This document shows positions 26,666-39,643 of a stretch of DNA of 64,000 bases, piece by piece. The notes under the pieces are model-generated. The model did no database searches and had not been told where the DNA came from. It was given only the letters and a program-made list of their open reading frames with translations. Source of the stretch: Octopus vulgaris. Its lineage: Eukaryota. The position numbers and the translations under genes are program-made. Position 1 is the first letter of the stretch. Every line of letters starts with the position of its first letter. The stretch is from positions 157,356,001 through 157,420,000 of the forward strand of contig OX597814.1 of assembly GCA_951406725.2 (NCBI GenBank), given 5' to 3'.

Positions 26666-26684
26666 ATATATGTATAGATATGTA

Positions 26685-26715
<31 letters not shown>

Positions 26716-26855
26716 GACTCTCAGATACCCATATTTATAGTTGTAAAAAATTATTACCCTTGTATGTTATTTATTCCCATGCTGGGATATTTAAATATCG
26801 ATATTATCCTTATTTATATGTACATATATGTATACACACGCACACACACACACAA

Positions 26856-26887
<32 letters not shown>

Positions 26888-27270
26888 TTTGGCATTGAAA
26901 GCTACACCAATGCTAGAACGGGACGACACTGCATAATGCTAAATTCCAAGAAATGCCATCACGCTTCAGGACCAGCTACTGCAACAGCCTGGGTTTCAAG
27001 GGCCCACAGCTTTTTAATATTCTCCCAAAGGCTCTGAGGACCTTGCACAAAGTAGATGTAGCGGTTGTTAAATCAAAGGTGGACCTCTTCCTGTCGAGAG
27101 TCCCAGATGAACCTACCTCACGGCAAGAGGTACAAATAAGGGTAGCTATATCAAACACCATTCTTCACCAAGTGCCAAATATTAGAGGAGTCTCTTAGTA
27201 ATAACAGTGTAGCAAAAAACGGCGGTGGATCAGCATGGCCGCAGCTCTGATCTGAAACGGAAAGAAAAAA
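26888..27270 (+). mobile_element. CR1/L2-group LINE 3' fragment, family of 39644-41246
   Basis: YCNSLGFKGPQLFNILPK..VPDEPTSRQE; flanked by (TA)n. Confidence 0.85.
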
Positions 27271-27272
27271 AA

Positions 27273-27371
27273 TACATATGTACATATATATATATACATA
27301 GATATATATATATATATACTTATATATAAATATTCACATATATATACATATATATATACACATATATATAT

Positions 27372-27404
<33 letters not shown>

Positions 27405-27547
27405 CATATGTATATATATACATATATATATATACATACATGTATATATATATACATATATATATACATACATATATATATACATATATATATATACATA
27501 TATATATATACATACACATGTATAGATATATATATACATATATATAC

Positions 27548-27578
<31 letters not shown>

Positions 27579-27635
27579 CATATACATATATATACGTACA
27601 TATATGTATACATATAGATGCATATATATATAAGT

Positions 27636-27671
<36 letters not shown>

Positions 27672-27755
27672 GTATACATATACATACATACATATATATA
27701 TATATGTATACGTACATATATATATGTATATGCGCATATATATATATATATATAT

Positions 27756-27815
<60 letters not shown>
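27273..27815. repeat. Compound (TA)/(CA)/(TACA) microsatellite
   Basis: Directly visible. It produces the YIYI ORFs. Similar arrays lie at 1430-1628, 3390-3628, 35533-35878 and elsewhere. Confidence 0.97.
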
Positions 27816-27819
<4 letters not shown>

Positions 27820-27820
<1 letters not shown>

Positions 27821-29494
27821 TTAGAGACAAAACCACTATTTTGCAAAACAAACAAGGAAAGACTTAATCAATACATAAAATTTTAATAAAAAGTCAAAAA
27901 AACCGCCACTATAATTGTTTCTTGTCCTGATCGACAATCTTCAGGTGGACTTCCAATCTAAAATATCAATATTTTAAAATATACAAATAATAATTTTAAA
28001 ATAATTAAAGTATTAATGAAAAAATATAAATATATAATCTATATATAACCTATATATAATCCATATATAATCAATATATAAACAATATATAAACTAAAAT
28101 AAACCTATCAACAATTAAATATAAAATATAAAACAAAACAAAAAATAAACTATATATACACCCATACACATATAACTAATTATATATAACCATATCTAAA
28201 TACATACACTAAATCACACACCTATATATATATCCCTATACATACACATAAAAACGTCTAGGCAACGATAAATAAATAAAATAGCCAAATACTTCAACAC
28301 AATACTTATTCATACTCCCTCACACACACATATACAACCCACATTCCCGCTCTAGAAACGAACATCATTTAAAATTATGAATGGAGAAATGGAATAAATG
28401 GAATTAAAAATTATATTCACTTGGTAAAACGAACATTACTTCAAAATTATGAATGAAATAATGTAATAAAATAATAGACATCGTAAATAGACATAAATTA
28501 CTACTAATTCTTTAATAAAACTACCATGATAAACTAAAACTCATAAAAACATATAATGATAAAATCTCCCTTTACTAAACTCTATAACATACCTATATAG
28601 CAATCCCCCTAACCTAAACATTCACACACAAATACACACACGTAAACCACACACCCACGACATATACAAATACCCACCTCACTCACACATACCTATACAT
28701 ACATATAAACCTCAATATATACTCCAAAAACCCACTCAACCCCACACAGATAAATAAACACATACATCCCCAAACCTATATAGCAAACCCATAAACACAT
28801 TCACACACAAATATACATACGTAAAACACACACCATATACATATACATACTCACTAAACTCGATATATACAACAATATTAACACACCCACACTCATACAG
28901 ATAAATAAATTATACAACTAAAATACGCACACACTCACACACAATCCCACATACATAAACACTCCAAAGAAAAACAACATTATTACACATAATACGATAT
29001 ATAAAATACATCGTAAGTAACCAGAATATCAAAAATAACAATATGACATAAGGAGGAATAATATACATACTTTCAAGTCAGTTTCAAATTATGAAGTGAA
29101 ATTAAATTCTAAGCCGTTAAAAACATCAAACCAAAATTACGTTACCATAGGAACATAACTTATGTATAAAAAGGATACGCGCTATGGAAGCAAACGTCAT
29201 TTAAAATTATGAATGGAGAAATAGAATAAATGGAATTAAAAATTATATTCACGCGGTAAACTAACATTATTTAAAAAAATTATGAATGGATTCTTTAATA
29301 AAACTACCATGATAAATTAAAACTCATAAAAACATAAATGATAAAACCTCCCTTTACTAAACCCTATAACATACTTATATAGCAATCCCTTTAACCTATA
29401 CATTCACACACAAATACACACACGTAAACCACACACCCATAACAAATACAAATACCCACCTCATTCACACATACCTATAAGTACATATAAGCCT

Positions 29495-29500
<6 letters not shown>
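27820..29500 (-). mobile_element. Probable Penelope-like pLTR remnant with a ~300 bp internal direct duplication
   Basis: Hammerhead near the left end. 28360-28715 is repeated at 29193-29497. Bounded by (TA)n. Confidence 0.55.
27906..27948 (-). ncRNA. Minimal type I hammerhead ribozyme with one stem III mismatch
   Basis: CCAC-CUGAAGA-UUGUC-GAUCAG-GACAA-GAAA-CAAUUA-UA-GUGG. The palindrome CAAUUG is broken by one change. Confidence 0.8.
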
Positions 29501-29555
<55 letters not shown>

Positions 29556-29693
29556 CGGAGATGTACTCGCATAGCAAGTAATTTGATCTGAGATCGTGTG
29601 CTGAAACGAAAACAATTGCAGCGTGGAAGGTGTTTATAAGCCATTTAAGAAACACGCAAAAGCCGTTCGATTCACTCCAACATTTAAGTTTAA

Positions 29694-29743
29694 TTTGTCA
29701 AAATATTTTCGTCGCTAAAATCCGCGACCTGTTCACTGACAAA
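29694..29743 (-). ncRNA. Variant hammerhead-like RNA with G3:C8 core
   Basis: UUUGUCA-GUGAACA-G-GUCGC-GGAUUUUA-GCGAC-GAAA-AUAU-UU-UGACAAA. 7-bp stem I, 5-bp stem II, palindromic stem III. Confidence 0.65.
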
Positions 29744-29829
29744 GTCCGTGCTGCATCGTGTATATATATATATATATATAAATATACATATACATACATA
29801 TACATATACAAACATATACATATATATAT

Positions 29830-31273
29830 ATCGTTCAATCTCACTCACCTCCTACATCATAAAATGTTTGAAAGAGTGTTAAGATCAAGGATAGCTGACT
29901 TCCTGGAGACCCACAAACTCCTAAATGCAAATCAGCATGGCTTTCGCTGTGACAGGGACTGTCTAACACACCTCTTACACCACATTGAATATATACTCAA
30001 AGCCTTGGGAACAGGTTCCAACTCTGATGTCGTATATCTTGACTTCAGTAAAGCGTTCGACAGGGTTGACCATAATATCCTACTCTCAAAATTGGCAAAT
30101 GTTGGAATCCGTGGAAAACTTCTACACTGGATTAAGTATTTCCTGGCGAATTTAACACAACATGTTGTAGTTGATGGAGTCCAATCAAGCCCAGCAAAAG
30201 TCACCAGCGGTGTCCCCCAGGGGACTGTCTTGGGCCCGCTACTCTTTATAATTTACATAAACGACTTTCCAGTATCGCACATTACTGCAAATTGGAAATG
30301 TTTGCTTATGACAATAAGCTCCAGCAAATCATCAATGTAGAAGTAGACCGAACTCAACTCCAGTCTGATCTATATGCTGTGAGTCAATGGGCAGACAGAA
30401 ACCCAATGCAACTGAACGACGGAAACTTTGAGCTTATGCATTTTGGAAGAAATTCCTCACTAAAACAGCCATACTCTCTTCCCCTAGGGTAACTGCACAC
30501 AGCCTCTAACAATATCAGAGATCTGGGCGTAATTGTTGATGACGAACTCAGTTGGAGTGCACATATCTACAGTAAGGTCGATATATCTCGTAGGATGAGT
30601 TCCTGGATCTTAAGAACTTTCCGTTCCAGAGAACAAAGTGTCATCATACCACTTTTCTCCTCCTTTGTACGGCCACACCTCGAATACTGCTGCCCAGTGT
30701 GGTCTCCCCATATAAGACAAAACATCTCGAGGATTGAATCACCCCAGACGGCACTCACTAAACGAATTGAAGGTATGGCTGCTCTCGATTATTGGGACCG
30801 CCTTAAAGCCTTGGAACTCTACTCTCTCCAGCGTCACCGTGAGGGGTACATCATTTGTACGATGTGGAGAATATACCGCCAAGTTTGCCCAAGCGACCTG
30901 AACATTAGCTTCAAGGTTCATCCAAGACTGGGACCACGGGCCATATGTCCCCTGCCCAATTCAAAATCACAGCATACATGTACATTGCAACATAATATCT
31001 TTCCCACAACAGGCCCTGCCCTATTTAACATTGTCCCGAAAGAGATCAAAGAGGAAAAGGATCTCATCAACTTTAAACGGAGTCTGGATAGATTTCTTCA
31101 AGGAATACCAGATAAGCCACCCATAATTGGATTAAACCCAACCAACAAAAACTCACTACTTCAATGGACCATAAACAAAACTTGACTTAAACAGGATTCA
31201 GATAATACTATCTGGTGTTGCTATTAAGTTAGACATGGCCTGGACCAATCTTTGGTCGAAACATATCTAAGCT

Positions 31274-31275
<2 letters not shown>
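29830..31275 (+). mobile_element. 5'-truncated CR1/L2-group LINE, frameshifted RT
   Basis: [53 protein letters not shown]; paralogous to 1630-3390. Confidence 0.92.
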
Positions 31276-31315
<40 letters not shown>

Positions 31316-31391
31316 CTAGCAGAATTGCCCGGCGTTGCTCGGGGCTGAATTGCTTGAAAGTACTGTTAATGATTGCACTGAATTATGATGA

Positions 31392-31930
31392 TTATTCAGG
31401 CAAATATTGATATAAGTTTACGGTGGGAGATAAGGACTTAACGATCAAACGTGTGCCATTGCATTCTTTTGGGGGAACCAAATTTCTGATGAGCATTATA
31501 GGGGCACCAACTTTAAGTTTGAGAAAGTGTGGTGTTAGTCCGGGGTGCTCAAAGGAATTGAGTACCTCTATTGGATAGTTGATGACGTCCTCTGGGTCAG
31601 GAGTTGTATTGATAGACTGATATACATAGACTTCCCCAGGAATGAGTTTTAGCATTTCATCATTAATATGGTGAACAGTTTTATTCCTCGGGGCCAGTAT
31701 AGCCTTTTGGCCAATCCAATCCATATTCTGATAATTAGCTTGTAGATCTTGGAACACTGCATCTCTGAGATCAGAAGGCGTCTTAACAATGGTACAAATG
31801 GAATCGATGGCAATATTACCATTTTCATCCCCTGGTATTTTGCCTTCGCCAAGTGCAAGGAGGGTGTGAGGAAATGCTGCTGATGTGATATTACGTCGCA
31901 TATGAGCACGCATATTGGTGTGAAGTTTGA
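31392..31930 (-). pseudogene. Helitron PIF1-like helicase fragment
   Basis: AILAPRNKTVHHIND, YPIEVLNS..PGLTPHFLKLKVGAPIMLIRNL..CNGTRLIV. Confidence 0.92.
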
Positions 31931-32164
31931 GAGTTACTTCCCTTTATTTAAAAAATATGCATTAAAATGGGAGAAAATGATGGTAAAGTATTTGTAAAAT
32001 CGTAGACTCATCGTAGACGCGCGCTAATACGCAGAAGAGCTCGATATGAATCACGACTATAAGATACTCGGTTTTGGTTAAACTGCATCGCAAAATGTGG
32101 GAGTAGTTAGGAATCTAAATCGGAGTAGACAGACACACAACCTTTCTTTTATATATAAAGATTT

Positions 32165-32780
32165 TCGTCCGTCCTAAAAAACTTTGTGCAGAGTGAATGG
32201 TTACCTCTATGGAAATATATACACACACATTATACATACATGTGTGTATAGATGAATATATAAATACATTTAAATATGTATATACACTTTTGGGCGATCT
32301 TTGTGCTACTTGGATATACTTTAGATATTATATTCGTCCAATTCGTCCTAAAAAACTTTGTATGGAGTGAATGGTTACCTCTATGGAAATATATACACAC
32401 ACATTATACATACCTGTGTGTGTCTATATACACTTTTGGGCGACTGCTACTTAGAGATAACTTTAGATGTTATTTTCGTCCTAAAAACAGATTGTGCGGA
32501 GTGAATGGTTACCTCTATGGAAATATATACACACACATTATACATACATGTGTGTATAGATGAATATATAAATACATTTAAATATGTATATACACTTTTG
32601 GGCGATCTTTCTGCTACTTGGATATACTTTAGATCTTATATTCGTCCAATTCGTCCTAAATAACTTTGTATGGAGTGAATGGTTACCTCTATGGAAATAT
32701 ATACACACACATTATACATGCATGTGTGTGTCTATATACACTTTTGGGCGACTGCTACTTAGAGATAACTTTAGATGTTA
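32165..32780. repeat. Minisatellite inside Helitron copy 1
   Basis: Four recurrences of CGTCCTAAAAA..GAGTGAATGGTTACCTCTATGGAAATATATACACAC, alternating long and short units. Confidence 0.9.
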
Positions 32781-33558
32781 GGTGATCTAGCAAAAAGAAT
32801 GACCAGTTTGACTTGCTCATCCCTGTCACACACTCACACACACGCACACACACACACAGACACACACGCACCCTCACACACACAGACGCACACACACACA
32901 CACACACTCACACACACGCACACACACACACGTTAGCTTACAATTTTATTTATATATTTGCGTGTCCACGTGTGTAAAGAGGAAGTGGGAGTAATATGCA
33001 GAGTGAAATGGAAATATACTTAGTTTTCTCGAATTTTTTCTGAAATGGGGGTGAAATTGAAAGAAATTTTGTATGCCATGACCGAATGGAAGTACTTTGA
33101 AAAATCATAGGTAAACTCTAATTGAAGAAATTGTGTTTTTAGTAAATCGTTATGTATTTATTTGTTTCTGTTTGCTGTGTTGTTTTTTTTTTTTGAGTAG
33201 TGGTTTAAGGTACACTTCTCTCGTTTTATATAAATATTTTCATTTTAATCGTTGCACACTTGCAAAGAGAAAGGAGGAGAAATTAGGGTGATAGCATCAG
33301 TGAAGCAGTTCGCTCCGTTTGTGTGTGTGTGCGTGTGCTGTAGCCCACACTAAGAAAAGCACTTCACTTACACACCACAATGTGAGTTTTCTCTAAATTT
33401 TGCTTAATTAGGGTTGAAATTTGAAAAACTGGACCTGGCACGACCCGATGCATTCTACTCTTAAAAATGCTAGGTAAATTGTAATTGAAGAAATCCTATA
33501 TTGTAGATTTCTATAAGAGACAAAGGGAAGCAGATAAAATCTGCCTTTTATAATAAGA

Positions 33559-35521
33559 CTAGCAGAATTGCCCGGCGTTGCTCGGGGCTGAATTGCTTGA
33601 AAGTACTGTTAATGATTGCACTGAATTATGATGATTATTCAGGCAAATATTGATATAAGTTTACGGTGGGAGATAAGGACTTAACGATCAAACGTGTGCC
33701 ATTGCATTCTTTTGGGGGAACCAAATTTCTGATGAGCATTATAGGGGCACCAACTTTAAGTTTGAGAAAGTGTGGTGTTAGTCCCGGGTGCTCAAAGGAA
33801 TTGAGTACCTCTATTGGATAGTTGATGACGTCCTCTGGGTCAGGAGTTGTATCGATAGACTGATATACATAGACTTCCCCAGGAATGAGTTTTAGCATTT
33901 CATCATTAATATGGTGAACAGTTTTATTCCTCGGGGCCAGTATAGCCTTTTGGCCAATCCAATCCATATTCTGATAATTAGCTTGTAGATCTTGGAACAC
34001 TGCATCTCTGAGATCAGAAGGCGTCTTAACAATGGTACAAATGGAATCGATGGCAATATTACCATTTTCATCCCCTGGTATTTTGCCTTCGCCAAGTGCA
34101 AGGAGGGTGTGAGGAAATGCTGCTGATGTGATATTACGTCGCATATGAGCACGCATATTGGTGTGAAGTTTGAGAGTTACTTCCCTTTATTAAAAAAAAT
34201 ATGCATTAAAATGGAAAAAAATGATGGTAAAGTATTTGTAAATTCATAGACTCATCGTAGACGCGCGCTAATACCCAGAGGGGCTCGATATGAATCACGA
34301 CTATAAGATACCAGGTTTTGGTTAAACTGCATCGCAAAATGTGGGAGTAGTTAGGAATCTAAATCGGAGTAGACAGACACACAACCTTTCTTTATATATA
34401 AATATTTTCGTCCTAAAAAACTTTGTATGGATTGAATGGTTACCTCTATGGAAATATATACACGCACATTATACATACATGTGTGTATAGATGAATATAT
34501 AAATACATTTAAATATGTATATACACTTTTGGGCGATCTTTGTGCTACTTGTATATACTTTAGATCTTATATTCGTCCTAAAAAACTTTGTATGGAGTGA
34601 AAGGTTACCTCTATGGAAATATATACACGCACATTATACATACATCTGTGTATAGATGAATATATAAATACATTTAAATATCTATATACACTTTTGGGCG
34701 ATCTTTCTGCTACTTGGATATAGTCTTATATTCGTCCTAAAAACTTTGTATGGAGTGAAAGGTTACCTCTATGGAAATATATACACACACATTATACATA
34801 CATCTGTGTATAGATGAATATATAAATACATTTAAATAACTATATACACTTTTGGGCGATCTTTCTGCTACTTGGATATAGGTCTTATATTCGTCCTAAA
34901 AAACTTTGTATGGAGTGAAAGGTTACCTCTATGGAAATATATACACACACATTATACATACATCTGTGTATAGATGAATATATAAATACATTTAAATATC
35001 TATATACACTTTTGGGCGATCTTTCTGCTACTTGGATATAGGTCTTATATTCTTCCTAAAAAACTTTCCTGTCACACACTCACGCACACGCACACACACA
35101 CACACGCACCCTCACACACACACACACGCACACACACACACACTCACACACACGCACGTTAGCTGACAATTTTATTTATATATTTGCGTGTCTATGTGTG
35201 TAAAGAGGAAGTGGGAGGCAGAGTGAAAGAGTCACTCACTACAGAAAGTGAATTACCTTCATTTTATTCGTTGCACACTGTGTGTGTGCGTTTGCGTGTG
35301 GTGTAAACCACACTAAGAGAAGCATTTGACTTATACACCAGAATGTGAGTTTTCTGTAAATTTTGCTTAATTGGGGTTGAAATTTTAAAAAGTGGACCTG
35401 GCAAAACCCGATGCATTCTACTCTTAAAAATGCTAGGTAAATTGTAATTGAAGAAATCCTATATTGTAGATTTCTATAAGTGACAAAGGGAGGCAGATAA
35501 AATCTGCCTTTTATAATAAGA
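33559..35521 (-). mobile_element. Non-autonomous Helitron, copy 2 of the tandem dimer
   Basis: Near-identical to copy 1 (helicase ORF 33635-34156 differs by one residue). Exact CTAG|TC junction at 33558/33559. The terminal 11 bp is repeated at 35522-35532. Confidence 0.92.
34405..35066. repeat. Minisatellite inside Helitron copy 2 (about four 160-165 bp units)
   Basis: Repeated TTCGTCCTAAAAAACTTTGTATGG...GGCGATCTTT units. Confidence 0.9.
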
Positions 35522-35529
35522 TTATAATA

Positions 35530-35580
<51 letters not shown>

Positions 35581-35773
35581 CACATATACATACATATATA
35601 TATATGTATACATACATATATATATATATATATAAATATGTATACATATACATACACATATATATATATATATATATGTATACATACATATGTGTATATA
35701 TACATATACATATACATACATATACATATACAAACATATACATATATATATACATATACATGGATATATATAT

Positions 35774-35844
<71 letters not shown>

Positions 35845-35879
35845 CTTATACATATATATACATATATATATACATATAT

Positions 35880-36030
35880 TTTCCGTCGTTCAGTTGCATT
35901 GTGTTTCTGTCTGCCCATTGACTCACAGCATATAGATCAGACTGGAGTTGTGTTCGGTCTACGTCTTCATTGATGATTTGCTGGAGCTTAGTGTCATCAG
36001 CAAATATTTTCACTTTGCAGTAAGACATGG
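35880..36030 (-). mobile_element. CR1/L2-group LINE RT fragment
   Basis: [47 protein letters not shown]; same family as 30280-30425. Confidence 0.85.
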
Positions 36031-39000
36031 AAAAAACTCCTTAACATAAGAAAACAAAACTTCTGGAAGACATATAAATGCGAAAAATATGCTGAAATAC
36101 ATTCGGAATGGATGTCTTTAGCGGCACCCATACTTCCTCGGAAGTACCCAATTAATGAAATTGCAGGAGAACCAGAGGAAGAAACAAAACTTCAGGACCG
36201 ATATCTCCATTACCCTGTCTAAACAATCCCGCTACAAAGCCAAATACGAAGCTATCGATGATCAAATCAGAGACGAAATATCCAAACTAACGACCGGCAA
36301 TATAGCAGAAAAAATGCGAGGACTATGGACCAGAGATACCTCAAAAGAAGAAAGCAGATCAAGAAAGGTTTGGCAGCGGAAACAATTATTTCTCGACAAA
36401 TATGCTACAAATTACGGTAAAGACACCAGAACTCTGAGAAATAGCATTAAAAGTGGACAACCTCACCAACGCAATATACGCCAGAACACGTGGCAACATG
36501 AACACCCGTTTCACCACGAATCGAAGACGAACTACGGTAAGAACTCTTCCCTTTTTTGTATGCAAACACCCTAATGCACACAACATGAACATAAAGCACA
36601 AACAAAATAGATATTCTTTTGATCAGACCATTAGCAGTAGAAATAACAGGAGATCATTTTCAAGACCTCAACAGAGATTACCCACAAGAAACCGGACAAA
36701 AAACCGATCTAGATCTGGAAGTAAACCCAGATCATTTCCCCAGGTGGTTAAAAACAATACTAACAAGAAATTGAAAAATAATATACATAATACCAAAAAC
36801 AAGACAGAAAACATAACGAAACCAAGTAAAATACCACAACCAAAACGCAAAATTCATCAAGCAAACCTCAACTGGAATATAAATCATAAACAGAAAAAAA
36901 TTCATTTTTTTACGTCAGGACAACAAACACCGGAGAAAGAAAAAATCCAAGAGGAAACATACCCAAAACAACTGAACGTATAGATCCTAAAATAATTAAT
37001 TTATCAAAAAGAGATCTTGACAATGATGACATCCAACTTCTGTCAAAAGGACTGAAATTCATACCTACACCAACAGCCAACCACCAAGAATTAAAGGAGG
37101 ATATCCAAAAGTTCTGTCGAAAATTACGACTTGTAGAATTCTTCGCTAACAAAAGTAATGCGATTGATGAATCCCTAGTAAGGAATAAATCAAATTTCAC
37201 CCCACCAAAAGGAAGAAATAACTACCTTGACCAATACATTGATATCCTGTCTAAATTTCCCCTTAGACGCAATACCAATGTTAGGCCAAACATTAACAAA
37301 TCAGAGATGTCTGCATGTAAACGTATACAAAACGATCAAACAATAATAATTAAACAAGCAGATAAAGGTGGTGCAATTGTTATGGATACCGAATACTATA
37401 AGGATTTGGTTGAGGACCAACTGAAGGACACAGCCTTCTACTGTGAAATACCCTCACATATAGACCACCACATCGTGAAAAAGATCAACAACCTGATCTC
37501 AAAACACTACAACTCACTTACCGATAATGAAAGAGACTACATCAACAATTTCGAACCAAAACCCAGCAACTTCTACTGCTTTCCGAAAATACATAAATCA
37601 AAAGATATTCAACAGGCAGTAAAAGAGCAAGAAAGTGAGTACATAAAATTACCAAAAGACCTAAAACTTAGACCTATTAACGCTGGTCCAGCATGCCCTA
37701 CCCACTGTCTAAGCAATTTTATTGACATTGTTTTGTTTTCAACCACTATGTACTTACATACCCCATCTTCCCAAAACAACAGAAACAAATTCAGTTTTAC
37801 TAAGTTTTGATGTGGTAAGCCTCTACACCAATATTCCACACGATTTAGGAATAAAGGCGATTAAATACTGATTAGAAAAACATAGAGAAGTGATTCCCAG
37901 CAGATTCACAGTGCCATTTATATTAGCCACAGTCAAACTTATTCTAGAAAACAACACATTCTTCTTCAATGGAAAGAATTACATCCAAATTAGAGGTTTG
38001 CTCCCGTTTACGCCAACTCAGTAATGGGATACTTAGAACAACAACTCTAACAAGAGGTGGAGGTAAACTATGGCACTGGATTTAGAAAGTATATTGAAAA
38101 GGCATGGAAGAGATACCTTGACGACTGCTTCATAATCTGGACAGAATCTCTAAATACTCTGGAAGAGTTCAATATCCTCCTGAACAACCTACACCCATCT
38201 CTCCAATTTACAAAGGAGATGAGTAGTACCAAATTACCCTTCCTAGATATAATGGTAATTAAAAAAGACACCACCATCACCACAGATATATACTATAAAC
38301 ACACTGACACACATCAATACCTAAATTTTAAGTCGTGCCATCCACCATATACAAAACGCAATATTCCATACTGCTTGCCAGAAGAATTTGTACCATTATA
38401 GAAGATGCAAATAACAGGAACAAACACCTAACAGAACTAAAAGAATTTTTGCTCAAACAAAAATACCATCTCTACTTATAGAAAATGGCATACAGCGGGC
38501 TATAAAAATACCCATACAACAACTTAGGACAACCCAAGGAAGAGGGAAACAAGAACAAGTCATACCATTCATAGTGACATACAACCCATGTCACCAGAAT
38601 ATCTTCAACATTGCCAAAGCAAACCTACCAATCATTGCTCAAAGTAATGAATTAAAAGACATAATCACGGATCGAGCTATGGTTCTTAGTAAAAGACAGC
38701 CTAAAAACTTGAAAAAATTACTAACAAAGGCAAAATTTGACCTTAGCAACAAAGACCAAACACTCACTGTATCTAAATGCAATGATAGCCGATGTGGTAC
38801 ATGCCAATTCAAACATACCGGCCAATATATAAACACAAAAACCGGGAAAATATTCACAAACGCGAATACGAACTGCAAAAGCAGAAATTAAATTTACTGC
38901 ATCAAATGCCCAAATTGTGAAGAAACATATGTAGGCCAGACGGGAAATGCACTATCAGAACGCTCACGTGTACACCGACAACAGATTAGAGACCCAGAGG

Positions 39001-39543
39001 TCCGTCAGATACCTTTGAGTAACCACCTGGCAACATGTGGTCGGAAAATATATATAACATTTCCATTCTACAAATTACACAGCCCAAGTGAAATCGAGAG
39101 GAAAATCAGAGAAAAGAATTTTATTGATAAATTTGAACCCAAGCTAAATAAGCAATAATAATAATACTTAGCAGGAAAATTATCTTATTTAGGGTTAAAA
39201 GTTCTATTGCCACCACCATCACCACTAGCAACAATAATTAAGGTGCTGACAATGATGATGATGACAATTGAAATATAAGAATATAAAAATCTCTGACAAA
39301 GGCTATTTACAACATTTCTAAAAATAGCCCAACAATTGCTGCCTCGGCTAGGGTTAAGATACAGGACTCTTGACATGTTCAACAAAGCGTGACGCCTAAA
39401 CCAATCAGCTCAACCAACCAATCAGCTTAAGTAATTGAGTGATACTACACACTGATTGGTCAGAATACAGTTTGCAAAACCTAGCAATCTGGAGTCTGCA
39501 CAGCTGTATTTAAGGCACAGATTTAATCATATCGCTACAGTCA
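36031..39543 (+). mobile_element. Neptune-type Penelope-like element, long but disrupted (RT plus GIY-YIG)
   Basis: IINLS..LLSKGLKFIPTP, IIIKQADKGGAIVM, FYCFPKIHK, RPINAG, WKRYLDDCF, LPFLDI, YYKHTDTHQYLNFKSCHP, CNDSRCGTC linker, IYCIKCPNCEETYVGQTG..RVHRQQI..EKNFIDKFEPKLN. Runs into the assembly gap. Confidence 0.9.
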
Positions 39544-39643
39544 NNNNNNNNNNNNNNNNNNNNNNNNNNNNNNNNNNNNNNNNNNNNNNNNNNNNNNNNN
39601 NNNNNNNNNNNNNNNNNNNNNNNNNNNNNNNNNNNNNNNNNNN
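39544..39643. other. Assembly gap (100 N)
   Basis: Run of N. Confidence 1.

Larger units (their letters stand above)
31316..33558 (-). mobile_element. Non-autonomous Helitron, copy 1 of a tandem dimer
   Basis: Minus strand 5' TC at 33558. 3' end GCCCCGAGCAACGCCGGGCAATTCTGCTAG|T at 31316. Carries a helicase fragment and a minisatellite. Confidence 0.92.

Noticed and set aside
27195-27886. Long YIYI-type ORFs (also 35239-35973) and poly-S/L/E/N/I ORFs at 41646-42580 and 47912-48430
   Set aside because: They are translations of microsatellites.
32165-35066. CRISPR-like repeat arrays
   Set aside because: The intervening sequences are themselves repeated, there are no cas genes, and the context is eukaryotic. 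These are minisatellites inside Helitrons.
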